Assembly: GCA_963804165.1 (NCBI GenBank)
Contig: CAWDPO010000009.1
Span: 32,001 to 96,000, forward strand
Reading direction: 5' to 3'
Length of the DNA stretch: 64,000 nt
Source of the DNA: an uncultured delta proteobacterium
GTDB taxonomy: Bacteria > Desulfobacterota > Binatia > UBA9968
The notes below the pieces were generated by a model. That model ran no database searches and was not told where the DNA came from. It saw only the letters and a program-made list of their open reading frames with translations. The translations under genes were made by a program, and so were the position numbers. This document shows positions 41,738 through 52,381 of the stretch, one piece after another. The first letter of the stretch is position 1. Every line of letters begins with the position of its first letter.

Positions 41738-42043
41738 CTACAATCGCAGGTCTCGCTTAGGTATAACCAGCAGCCACTCGACCAATCGATCGCGGCCGAA
41801 CTTGCTCGCATAGAAGCCGACGAGACCGAGAGGTGCAAACAGCCACGTCAAAAGCCACAAAGGCCAAGACGTTTCAAAGCTGAGTAATCCGCCTAAAAGC
41901 GGCAACGTGGCGATCTCCAGGCAAACGCCGCTGCTAAACACCAAGAGGCTTCTCTTCCACTGGCTAGTCTGCAGGCGCACCGCCTCCGGGTTCCACAGGC
42001 ACAAAAGAAATCCCTGGATCAAACCAAGTTCATGATGCTTCAA
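41738..42043 (-). CDS. Small hypothetical membrane protein
   Basis: Two hydrophobic segments. Confidence 0.4.
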   Translation of the reverse strand: MKHHELGLIQGFLLCLWNPEAVRLQTSQWKRSLLVFSSGVCLEIATLPLLGGLLSFETSWPLWLLTWLFAPLGLVGFYASKFGRDRLVEWLLVIPKRDLRL

Positions 42044-42511
42044 CTTCCTTCGCCTCCCACTGACAGAATTGTGTCGTTGCGGAATGTTTGTGAGAGACCG
42101 GATGGAATAAAAATGAGAACCCGATCACGGACACAACTTCAGTCTGCATTCCGATACAGGGTGCATATGTTAAATCGACATGGGTCGGAGTGCAAATATA
42201 TTTGCGTTATGAGGGCGAGGCAAGACGCATTCGTTTTTTAAAAATCCAAGAATGAAGAGCTGGCCCGGTCGTTTCCACCTGGCCTCCCGGGCAACAATGA
42301 AGTACGACTTGACCGGCGTTGATTCTTAAATAATCGTCTGTCAAACCCGAGGTATCTCAGCAATTTATCAACGAAAAAGCAGCACGGCATAGCACTGCAG
42401 GCGGAAAAGTTTTAGCATTATTAATGTTGGAAAACAGGGAACATCGATGACCGTCGCAAATTCCGAGAGATGCACGAGTTGCAGCCGAGCCCATCACCAG
42501 GAGTTGTCCAC

Positions 42512-43777
42512 ATGCGTTTTCATTTCGCGCTGACGGTACTGACCGCGTTATGCCTTTCAACAAATTCAGTTGAAGCTGCGGAGTATAAATATCCCTATCG
42601 CGATCCCTATTTAGCGACTGCAACGACCGCTATTTTGAGCGACGACGGCGCCACGGAGCGTACCAAGTCGATCATCGTCCACGTGCCTGGGCTCCCCGGT
42701 AGAAACAATCTGCCTTCTCTCGAAGGACGCGGCGACGTAAGTCTTGCTCTTTATCGCCAAAATCATGCGGCGCCGTTGCTTTTCATTCTCGCCGGGCTTG
42801 GATCCAGCCCCTACTTCGGCGTCGCCCCGTATTTGGCGAGCCTGTTCTATCAAGAGGGCTCACACGTGGTTATTTTGCCCTCGCCGATGAGCTGGAATTT
42901 TGCGTTATCGGCGAGCCGTAGCGGCGCACCCGGTTACGCTCCGGCAGACGCCCGTGATTTATACGAAGTCATGCAAAAAACCCTTACGGTTCTAAGGGAT
43001 CGGTATGACGTCAAGACCACGACAATCAATTTCATGGCGGTCAGTCTGGGCGCGCTTGAAGGCGCGTATCTAAGCGTTATCGATGCGGACGAGGGAAAGA
43101 TCGGGATCGCGAAGTATCTCCTCGTCAACCCGCCCGTAGATCTCGCTTATGCCGTTAGAAAAATCGATGAGTGGAACGCGTTGGCGGGTAAATTCGGCCG
43201 GAACAAGTCCCGGCAAATCGTAGCGAAAGCGATTGCCATCGTCGAGTCCTTTTCCGAGGAAAGGCGGGATGATCCCGCCGTCTTCGACCGATTGGCAAAG
43301 AAGTTCGCCGATTTCACAACCGAAGATCTTCAGTTCCTCATCGCCGAGAATTTGCAAAGCCAGCTTGGCGAGCTGGTCTATGTAACCCAAGCCATTCACG
43401 ATCAAAAGGTTCTTACGGCGCCGAAAGACGACATGCGGAAACGCCTGGAGGAAGCTAAACGCTTCACATTTGCGGATTATAATCAGAAGATCGCTTTGCC
43501 CTTATGGCAAAAGCAAGTCGGAGATCCGCAGGCCGATCTGGATACGTTCATCCAACGCGCCTCCCTAGCGCGTATCACTGATCGGCTGCGCGGCAATCCT
43601 AAGGTACGTGTCCTGCACAACGCCGACGATTTCTTGGCCGAGAAGAAATCCATCGAAGCGCTCAAAGAGGCCTTGGGCGATCAAATGATGCTTTATCCAT
43701 ACGGCGGACATCTCGGCAACCTCTGGTACCCGGAAAACAAGGAATTTGCTCTGAAATACTTCAAGCCGCGCCCATGA
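42512..43777 (+). CDS. Exported alpha/beta hydrolase-fold protein
   Basis: Signal peptide; AVSLG nucleophile elbow, HNADD and GGHLG. Confidence 0.8.
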   Translation: MRFHFALTVLTALCLSTNSVEAAEYKYPYRDPYLATATTAILSDDGATERTKSIIVHVPGLPGRNNLPSLEGRGDVSLALYRQNHAAPLLFILAGLGSSPYFGVAPYLASLFYQEGSHVVILPSPMSWNFALSASRSGAPGYAPADARDLYEVMQKTLTVLRDRYDVKTTTINFMAVSLGALEGAYLSVIDADEGKIGIAKYLLVNPPVDLAYAVRKIDEWNALAGKFGRNKSRQIVAKAIAIVESFSEERRDDPAVFDRLAKKFADFTTEDLQFLIAENLQSQLGELVYVTQAIHDQKVLTAPKDDMRKRLEEAKRFTFADYNQKIALPLWQKQVGDPQADLDTFIQRASLARITDRLRGNPKVRVLHNADDFLAEKKSIEALKEALGDQMMLYPYGGHLGNLWYPENKEFALKYFKPRP

Positions 43778-43855
43778 ATGCGGCATTCGCTCCGTTGACT
43801 TTCACCTCATGAGAGACTGTCGGACAGCGAGAAGTCCAAGTTCCGAATCTGTTCT

Positions 43856-43982
43856 TGAACAATTGAACCTTGAACGCTTGAACGAGCTGCGCCTGAGCAC
43901 GCCTGTAAGGGAGCGCAGCGATGGGACGTTTGGAACGGGTTTGAGTATTACTTTTAACTTTGGAACTTTGAACCTTTGAACT
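43856..43982. repeat. TTGAAC/TGGAAC short-unit dispersed repeat, further copy
   Basis: ttgaacaattgaaccttgaacgcttgaacg...ggagcgcagcgatgggacgtttggaacggg...tattacttttaactttggaactttgaacctttgaac. Confidence 0.7.
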
Positions 43983-44469
43983 GCTGGTTTCTAGAAGCGC
44001 ACCAGGAAAGCATTTCAATCTGCGGCATTGTTTCGACGATTGACCCCGCCCGCGAGACTACGCGTTCCGCCTCGTTCATCGGTTCGCCCAAGGCCAGCAG
44101 TACCGAGACCGCAAGCATCGCGGTGCGGCCGACGCCGCCCGCACAATGAATCAGCACAGCTTCCCCGGACTGCAATCGATTTGCTACTTCGTTCGCAAGC
44201 GCCCAGAAGGCATCCCGGTCTTCGGGCACCCCGCCCTCGCGAATTTCAAAAGGCAGGACGGAACAGGGAACGGTCCCGGCTTCCAGGGCCTCCGCGTACT
44301 TCGAGGATTTCGCGTGAATTTCGTATTTTTCGTTTAAGCAAACGATCGCGCCGACCGCATTGCTTTTCAGCTGATGCCAAACCCTCTCGATCGCTTCAAA
44401 GCGGCCCGGCATGCTGTGCAACAGCAGCTTTCCAGGAACCCGAGCGGGAAGATCGACACGACGGAACAT
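43954..44469 (-). CDS. Dual-specificity/protein-tyrosine phosphatase
   Basis: HCAGGVGRT P-loop (CX5R). Confidence 0.85.
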   Translation of the reverse strand: MFRRVDLPARVPGKLLLHSMPGRFEAIERVWHQLKSNAVGAIVCLNEKYEIHAKSSKYAEALEAGTVPCSVLPFEIREGGVPEDRDAFWALANEVANRLQSGEAVLIHCAGGVGRTAMLAVSVLLALGEPMNEAERVVSRAGSIVETMPQIEMLSWCASRNQQFKGSKFQS

Positions 44470-44620
44470 TTTTTCTCTTTTTTCTATGCAACCAACCAAT
44501 GGTTGCTTTTCAAAAACACCTTCTAGCATCCAAAACGTCAATTGCTCGTTGAGCAACGAACGAACTTACGACAAACAACGAGAACCGAAAGATAGAGATG
44601 GTTGACGTGGGTCAATCGAA

Positions 44621-45490
44621 TTAGATGTCTGCATTGAACCGTAGCATCGTTCTAGATCTTTTCAGAATCATACCCAGCCCAGTTTCCTTCGCTGTTCGTG
44701 CGCAATCTCGCACTGGGCAAATATTCCGTAACAAGCTCCGCAGTCGGCCGCTCCATGATCGTATTAGGAGCACAGATGTTAAACGCCTCATGACCGGGAA
44801 AGTTTGCTTCGACCGCGAGACGACACGCGAGAGCCGCATCGCGAACATCGATATACGTCCACAGCGGGCCGCTCCATCTCAAGGGATTGTTTCGCCTCTC
44901 TTTGAGATTCTGGTGCGTGAAGTCGGCGCAAATCCCGGCGAATCGCCTGCTGGTCGATTTGTATGTCGCTCTTGCTCGGGAATGCGTCGCAGGCGCGCTC
45001 AATGACGAGCTTGGATACACTGTAGGGATCCTGCGGATTCAAAGGATAGTCTTCATCCACCGGCAGATACTCCGGCGCCGACCATCGCGAGGGATAATAG
45101 AAACCGTAAATCGTCAGACTCGATCCCATCACGAGCTTCGTGACTCCGGCGGTAAAAGCTGCCGCTATCACGTTGTAACTCAGGGTTACGTTGTAACCGA
45201 ATATTGACGCGTCGCCGAACACTTCGGCAGTTTTCAGCACGTACGAGACGCCCTATCCAATCGTTGTGGTATAGGGAAACTTTTTTCTGGCGAGATGGAT
45301 CACCGCGTCGGCGCCTTCAAAAGCCTTGGCAAGATCCTGCGCCTGGAGCAGATCGATCACCAGAACAGCGGCAGACGCTTTCCGAGATCGGCACTTTGTC
45401 GATCGACAGCACTTCGTGACCATGATCGAGCAATTCTCCGATCGTTAGGTGCCCGAGCCTCCCGGCGCTGCCTGTCACCACGATTTTCAG
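44621..45490 (-). pseudogene. NAD-dependent epimerase/dehydratase, degraded
   Basis: KIVVTGSAGRLG, PYSVSK and YIDVRDAA are scattered over several frames, with an apparent internal deletion. Confidence 0.75.
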
Positions 45491-45691
45491 TTCAGTGTCT
45501 CAATGCACAGGTCTCGTACAACGCTTACATAAAACTTTATCAATGAAGGGGTGCTGGATCCTTTCGCTGCTGGCATTTGGGTATTCGAGGTGGTTGCGAT
45601 GTTCTCAATGCTTGACATGAATTGATCGCTTCAATAGATTCCACGCAAGTCGTTTGTGCCGGTCGCTGCGCGGATAGCAAAGGAAAAATAG

Positions 45692-46676
45692 ATGAGAAGT
45701 CAATTGCGGTTAATATTTCTGGCGAGCTTCGTTTTATTGTCAATTTCAAACTTACTGCAACGTTTTTCAGACGGAGGCGGCAAAAGTTATCATCGGTATG
45801 GATGCGCCGACGCTTTCCGATTTGCCGTTATCCGTAGCGCTCAAAAAGGATTTCTTTAAGCCAGAAGGCTTGAACGTCTTGCCGGTGCTGTTCAGGAGCG
45901 GGCCCACCGCCATGCAAGCTCTGGTCTCGGGATCCATTCAATTCAGCACCGGTTTCGGCACGGGAACGCGGGCCGCCATGGCGGGTGCGCCGGTCAAAGG
46001 TATCATTGGGTTCAACAACAAACCCGCCTTCATCCTTTACGGGCGTAGGGAGTACGGCATTCGCTCGATCGCCGACATCAAAGGAAAAAAGATTGCCGTC
46101 ACCGGCGTCGGCAGTACGACCGACTATGCCGCAAGAGCGATTCTGACGCATCACCACGTCGACCCTGATAAGGAAGTTTCGATCTTGGCTGTGGGCAGCG
46201 AGAGTGTTTTTGCCGCGCTTCAGAAAGGTGCTGTGGATGCGGCCATTCTTTGGGCTCCGGGTTTTGCCATCGCCGAGAAGCTCGGCATGGTCAGGCTCCA
46301 GTCGTTGGCTGACATCCTGGAGCTGCCCGGCTGGGGAGTCGTGGTCTCCGATCAGCTCATCAAGGAAAACCCTCTCCTGATCAAAAAATTCCTGCGGGGC
46401 ACGATCAGAGGATTTCACTATGTGCATGATCCAAAGAATAAGGATGAAATCGTGAGTTCGATAACGAAGGACTTTAATCTCGAACGGGATGTCGCGGACA
46501 CCAACTACAAATTTATACTGAGTATCCTGTCGGCGGACGGTAATATCTCGCGGCGATCGATCGAAAACGGCATCGAACTTACGCGCCAACGCGTGAAGAC
46601 ATCGGAGTCGACCGGCGAACTGGCCAAGAAGATGTATGATTTCACTTTGCTGGAAGACGTTCAGAGAGGCAAATAA
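45692..46676 (+). CDS. NMT1/SsuA-type ABC substrate-binding protein (signal peptide out of frame)
   Basis: MRSQLRLIFLASF signal from ATG 45692, frameshifted relative to the ORF at 45798 (DIKGKKIAV). Confidence 0.75.
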
Positions 46677-46693
46677 TTTGTTATTGGAGAAAC

Positions 46694-47625
46694 ATGATGG
46701 CGGAAGCAACCCAAGCGAAACTCAACCTGTCGGCGATTTGCCATGTCGATGCCGGTAGCGCCGGCGGTGAAATGTTTCGACGCTACTGGCTGGCGATTTC
46801 CCGGGCGAAGATTTAAAAGACATTCCCCTGGCAGTCAAGGTTCTCGGTGAGGAATTGGTGCTCTTCCGCGATGGCGCCGGCCGCCTCGGTCTCATGGGAC
46901 TGCATTGCTCCCACCGTGGCACATCCCTGGAATACGGCGACATCGAGGAACGCGGCATAAGATGTCCTTATCATGGATGGCTCTACGACGTCGGCGGAAA
47001 CTGTTTGGAGCAGCCGCTCGAGCCCAAGGGCAGCACCTTCTGCCAAAAGGTGAAGCATCCGAGTTACCGGGTTAAAGAGTTGGGCGGCTTGATCTTCGCT
47101 CACCTCGGCAAAAGTGAGCCGCCGCCGTTGCCGCGTTATTCAACGCTCGTCAGAGACGACGGTGTCCGTTTGACGCTCCCGCCGCGCCATTGGGATTACA
47201 ACTGGTTCAATTTTTTCGAGAATACCATCGATTCGCTGCACGCATTTTTCTTGCATAAGCCTCGCCGCGCCGATCGCTATTGGGAAAATGCCTTCTGGGA
47301 TTTCACGGGCGACCATCATATTGAAGCTTTACCGATGGAGTATGGCTTGAAGACGATCGTGCACTGGTCGGGTCCAACACCAGATACTTTGTACGTCAGG
47401 CTCACGAGCCTCGCACTGCCGACGGTTTTTTCCCTGGGCGGGCGCGGAGTCGAGGAAGAAGGATTCGAGCGCTTGCTGTTCGTGACGCCGGTCGATGACG
47501 ACAACTTCATGGTCTTCAGCAGCGATTTTGTCCCTCAAGGTAAAGCCGATGTGATCAAGAAAAGAGAACAGTCCGCGGAATCGGAATCGTCCCAATCAGG
47601 CACTTCGCTCACGGCAGATTTTTAA
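46694..47625 (+). pseudogene. Rieske non-heme iron oxygenase alpha subunit (phthalate 4,5-dioxygenase/VanA-like), frameshifted and probably C-truncated
   Basis: FRRYW N-terminus, CSH...CPYH Rieske motif and ENTIDSLHAFFLH. Frameshift ~46805; ends at about 310 aa. Confidence 0.7.
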
Positions 47626-47825
47626 CGGGGCCGTGAAAATCGTTAAGCGCGGCGGACCATTCAAAGGTTTAAAAGTTCAAAAGGAAACACACTCTGATCG
47701 GAAGCGCCACTTTCGCGAAGTTTAGAAACTTTTGGAAGTTTAGAAACCGGAAGGGAGTAGGTTGCTTCCGGATCAGCGACTCGCTCGCTTGACCCATTTC
47801 CGTGCAACCGATATTCTCGGATTTT

Positions 47826-48305
47826 ATGAAACAAACTATTCGGGTCACTATTAACGGTCGTCTTTATCAAGAAGATGTCGAGCCGCGAGTCCTGCTCGCG
47901 CATTTTTTGCGTGAGCAGATCGGCCTCACCGGCACCCATATCGGTTGCGTGGTCGGCGAGTGCGGCGCGTGCTCCGTGCTGCTCGACGGCAAAATCGTGA
48001 AATCCTGTCTCCATTTTGCTGTCCAAGCGGACGGCCGCGAGGTGACGACGATCGAAGGCTTGGCCAAAGACGGCGAACTCGATCCGGTCCAGGAAGCGTT
48101 CGTGAAAAATTACGCGTTTCAGTGCGGCTACTGCACGCCTGGCATGGTCATGACGAGCTACGCGCTGCTGCAGACAAATCCGGACCCGAGCGACGATGAG
48201 ATTCGCAAAGCGCTGGCCGGCAATCTCTGCATGTGCACGGGCTACGTGCAGATCGTCGAAGCCGTCAAAGATGCGGCGGAAAAACAAAAAACCGTGGGGA
48301 GATGA
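47826..48305 (+). CDS. (2Fe-2S)-binding small subunit (CoxS-like)
   Basis: CVVGECGAC, QCGYCTPG and NLCMCTGY. Confidence 0.92.
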   Translation: MKQTIRVTINGRLYQEDVEPRVLLAHFLREQIGLTGTHIGCVVGECGACSVLLDGKIVKSCLHFAVQADGREVTTIEGLAKDGELDPVQEAFVKNYAFQCGYCTPGMVMTSYALLQTNPDPSDDEIRKALAGNLCMCTGYVQIVEAVKDAAEKQKTVGR

Positions 48306-48309
48306 AAAG

Positions 48310-48445
48310 CAAGCTCGAAGCACGAAATCCGAAACAAATTTAAATACTCGAAATCTAAAGTTCCAAACGAATCCGTTTTGAATTTTGTAATTCGAATTTA
48401 ATTCTTCCGTTTGTTTCGATTTCGAGATTAGAATTTCAGATTTAT
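48310..48445. repeat. AT-rich 7-bp-unit inverted repeat element
   Basis: Left arm cgaagcacgaaatccgaaacaaat, right arm tttgtttcgatttcgagattagaatttcagattt. Confidence 0.65.
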
Positions 48446-48467
48446 CCTCTACAAGGTAAGCACACTT

Positions 48468-50901
48468 ATGGCTGACAAAAATTACATCGGCGCTCGCAGT
48501 CGCAGCAAAGAAGGCCCGCGCCACGTGACCGGCCGGGGACTTTTTACTGACGACTTCATGCTGCCGGGCATGTTGCAGGCGATGATCCTGCGGAGCCCGC
48601 ACCCGCATGCGAAAATCTTATCCGTCGATCCGTCCGAAGCGCTGAAAAATCCCAACGTCATGGCGGCGATCACGCCGGAGGACGTGAAAAAACTTACCAA
48701 GCCGTTTAAGCCGGGACGATATGCCGCCGGACTCAAACGGCCGATCGATGAATACGCCGGTGCCGTCGGAAAAGTTCGTTACGTCGGCGAACCGATTGGC
48801 GCCGTGGCGGCGCGCGACCGCGGCACGGCGGAAGACGCGCTTGAATTGATCCAAGTCGATTACGAGCCGTTGCGTGCCGTCGTCGACGTGCGCGAAGCGA
48901 TCAAGCCGTCATCTGCCGTTCTTTTCGATGAGTTGGATACAAATCTCGCCTGGCAAGGATCGCTGCAGTACGGTGACATCGACGCCGCGTTCAAATCTGC
49001 CGACCGCGTCGTCAAAGAAAATTTAAAAATTCATCGCTACAGCTCGACGCCGCTCGAACCCTTCGTCGTGATCGCGTCCTATGACGCAGCGAGCAAGCGT
49101 TTGACGGTTTGGGTGACGGCGCAGGTTCCGGAAGTGATTTACGATGGCGTGCGCGAGGCGCTCGGCTTGCAGGACATCCGCGTCATCATTCCCGATGTCG
49201 GCGGAGGCTTCGGCCAAAAGATTCATTTGATTCGAAAATATGTCGTCTTGGTATCGCTATTGGCGATGAAAAGCGGCCGACCGGTCAAATGGATCGAAGA
49301 CCGCACCGAGCATATGATGGCCGGCGGCCACGCCTGCGCCCAGGAATTCGAAGCCGAGGCGGCGGTCAAAAACGACGGCACCGTCCTCGGTCTGCGCTTC
49401 AATGAATACGACGATGTCGGCGGCTCGATCAGCACGCTTACGATCCACTTCACCAACAAGTTGAATAACCTTTCCAACACCTACCGCACGCCGGCCATTC
49501 ATATGATCGGCAATGCGGTGGTGACGAATAAGTGTCCGGTCATTCCCAACCGCGGCATCGGCAAGCCGGGCATGTGCTACATCTGGGAGCGCATGATGGA
49601 TCGGGTCGCTCAGGAATTGAACATGAGCCCGATCGAAGTGCGGCGCAAAAATCTAATTCAACCGAACGAGATGCCCTATCACACCATCAGCGGCAACGTG
49701 TATGACAGCGGCGATTATCCCGGACTGTTGTCGACGCTCTTGGAAAAAATCGACTACGACAAATTGCGCGAGGAGCAAAAGCAGGCGCGTGCAAAAGGTA
49801 AGCTCATGGGCATCGGCATCGTCATCGGCGTCGAGCCCGGCGGGCGCAACGCGGCGCGCGACATGGCGATCTTCCCGGAGATGAAAGAGCCGCCCGGCTC
49901 CGGCGGGGTCAACGGCGCCAAGATCAAATTGGAGAAGAACGGCACCCTGTCGCTTCATCTCGGATCGCCCAATTGCGGCCAAGCTCATGAAACCACCACG
50001 GCCCAGGTCGCGGCGGAGATTCTCGGTTCGACGCCGGATAAGATCAGCACCAGCATTCCCTTCGATAGCGACTTGTCGGCCTGGGGCGTGGCCGCGGCGA
50101 ACAGCGGCAATAATTTTCATCTCTACGACATCGGCGCGATCCACGGCGCCGCCACCCGGCTGCGCGAGAAAATTCTCAAACTCGCCGCGTTCAATCTCAA
50201 GGTGGAGCCGTTCGAGTTAACCATCGAAGACAGCGTCGTAAAGGTGCCCGGCGCGGCGGCGAAGCAGATCACCTTCGCCGAACTGGGCCGCATCGCTTAC
50301 AACAATCAGCATCTCATCCCCGACGATATGGAAGCGGGACTGGAGTCGACGTTCTACTACATGTTTCCCCACGCCAAGCCGAATATTGTTCCAGGCCCCG
50401 ACCGGCTAGTGCGGGCGCAGTTTACCTTTTCCGCCGGCGCCCACGCCGCCATCGTTGAAGTCGACAAGGCTACGGGCAAGGTCGAAGTGTTGCGCTATCT
50501 GATTGTCGGCGACAACGGCACGGTGATCAATCCCGACGTCGTCAACGGCCAGGTTTACGGCTCCGCAGCGCACGGCATCGCCGTGGCTCTCGGCGAAGGT
50601 TTCATGTACAGCGCCGAGGGACAGCCGTTGACGATCACCTATCTCGATTACGGCAAATGCTCGACGGCGGAAACGCCGCGAGTGGAAGTGATCCATCGAC
50701 CGTCGCCGTCGCCTTATACCGTCGCTCGGCCAAAAAGCCGCCGGCGAAGGCGCGGCGATTCCCTCGCCCGCCGCCATCGCCAGCGCGGTCGAAGACGCGC
50801 TGCAACCCTTCGGCGTCAAAGTCTGCGATCTGCCACTCACGCCGGAAGCGGTTTGGCGCCTGGCCAATCACAATCCCGAAACCGAGCGGAGGACTTTCTA
50901 G
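48468..50901 (+). CDS. CoxL-like molybdenum hydroxylase large subunit (not a CO dehydrogenase); frameshift near 50722
   Basis: GGGFGQK and active-site loop PNRGIG. The correct C-terminus KAAGEG...LPLTPE ends at TAG 50901 in another frame. Confidence 0.88.
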
Positions 50902-50904
50902 ATC

Positions 50905-51762
50905 ATGATTCCCGGTGCTTTCGAATATTACGCGCCCCGCTCGCTCAGCGACGCGGTCAAGTTTTTGTCCGAGCACAAAGACGACGTCAAGATTCTTTCC
51001 GGCGGCCAAAGCTTGCTGCCGCTAATGAAAATGCGCCTATCCAAACCTGGCTTTGTCGTCGACATCGGCCGGATTTCCGGTCTCGACACGATCGTCGAAG
51101 AAGGCAACAGCTTCATCGTTGGCGGACTTGTCACCCACGCGCAAATCGAGTCTTCGGATCTCCTCAAGGCCAAGTGTCCCCTGCTGCCGCAAACCGCGAC
51201 GACCATCGCCGACGTTCAGGTGCGCAATCGCGGCACCATCGGCGGCAGCATCGCTCATGCCGATCCGGCTGGCGATTGGCCGGCGACCATGATGGCACTG
51301 GACGCGGAAGTCAAGATCGTCGGGCCGAACGGCGAGCGCTGCGTAAAGTGCGATGAGTTTTTTCTGGGACTGCTAATGAGCGTTCTCGAACCGGACGAAA
51401 TCGTCACCGCGATCAAGGTACCGGTGACCGGCAAAGACAAAACGGCTTACTTGAAAGCCGCGCCGCGCTCTTCCGGTTTTGCCGTCGTCGGTGTCGCCGT
51501 ACGACTTGTCATTGACGGCGAAGGAACTTGCAGCCGCGCTGCCGTCGGCATCACCGGCGTTACCGACAAGGCGTACCGCGCCGAGCGCGTCGAACAAATT
51601 CTTTCGGGCAAAAAGCTGGAGGCATCGGTGATTCAACAAGCGGCTGCTGAATCCTGCCGCAACATTGAAGTGATCGAAGACATCAACGGCTCGGCGGAAT
51701 ATCGCAAGCAGCTCACCGAAGTGTACGTCGGGCGCGCGATCGAGGCCGCGCTGAAGGGATAA
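50905..51762 (+). CDS. CoxM-like FAD-binding medium subunit
   Basis: MIPGAFEY, GGQSLLPLMK and VRNRGTIGGS. Confidence 0.92.
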   Translation: MIPGAFEYYAPRSLSDAVKFLSEHKDDVKILSGGQSLLPLMKMRLSKPGFVVDIGRISGLDTIVEEGNSFIVGGLVTHAQIESSDLLKAKCPLLPQTATTIADVQVRNRGTIGGSIAHADPAGDWPATMMALDAEVKIVGPNGERCVKCDEFFLGLLMSVLEPDEIVTAIKVPVTGKDKTAYLKAAPRSSGFAVVGVAVRLVIDGEGTCSRAAVGITGVTDKAYRAERVEQILSGKKLEASVIQQAAAESCRNIEVIEDINGSAEYRKQLTEVYVGRAIEAALKG

Positions 51763-51828
51763 ACGTTTCGAATAGCTACGGGTTCATTCCTCGCTGTTTG
51801 CTACAACCGATAGAACCGATCCGAAGTC

Positions 51829-51905
51829 CGTCATTCCCGCATGTTTTAAGCGGAAATCCAGGCGAATCCGATCTGGATTCCCGATAAAAGCAATCGGGAG
51901 TGACG
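51829..51905. repeat. CGTC-family REP doublet
   Basis: CGTCATTCCCGC...GCGGAAATCCAG / CTGGATTCCCGAT...ATCGGGAGTGACG. Confidence 0.75.
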
Positions 51906-52001
51906 AGAATTGGTTCGGTCATGGGCTTTTGACACCCCGCGAGTTGCGGCGTAATTCATTCCAATTGCAGGCGGAAAGGCACGGTACTTGCCGTGCCTTT
52001 G

Positions 52002-52298
52002 CTACCTCCGGCGGGGAAAGACGTCAGGGTAAACCGAGATCGGATATTCATTGCCATAGTAGCGATCATCCGAGTAACGCTTCCGCTCACGCGTCTCCGT
52101 CGTATGCACGATCCAGCCATCTTTGGTTTTCCAAGTGCCGGCGGAGCGCGAATCACCGTCACCCCTGATCAGCAGCTCGATCGTAGAGTCGCTCACGCCG
52201 GCTTGTTTGAGCCGGATGATTTCGTCGACGGTCAGAGCTTGCGCGATTCCAGGGAGCGAGAGCATCCCGGTCAGCAAAAGTAACGTTAGCCTTTTCAT
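52002..52298 (-). CDS. Small exported hypothetical protein
   Basis: Signal peptide; LTVDEIIRLKQAGVSDSTI motif; AGGAG RBS. Confidence 0.7.
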   Translation of the reverse strand: MKRLTLLLLTGMLSLPGIAQALTVDEIIRLKQAGVSDSTIELLIRGDGDSRSAGTWKTKDGWIVHTTETRERKRYSDDRYYGNEYPISVYPDVFPRRR

Positions 52299-52381
52299 AC
52301 TGGGTCTCCTGCCTCAAATAGCGAAGCCTCCAACTGAGTTAGAGGCTTCCGTTCAACTTCTGTTCTGTTGTCGCGCCCGCC

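Noticed and set aside
48468-51356. 962-aa large subunit with a long Arg-rich tail
   Set aside because: The tail results from a frameshift near 50722. The true C-terminus ends at 50901, and the tail overlaps the FAD subunit gene.
47826-51762. Aerobic CO dehydrogenase
   Set aside because: It lacks AYxCSFR and AYRGAGR, and no coxDEFG genes are nearby.
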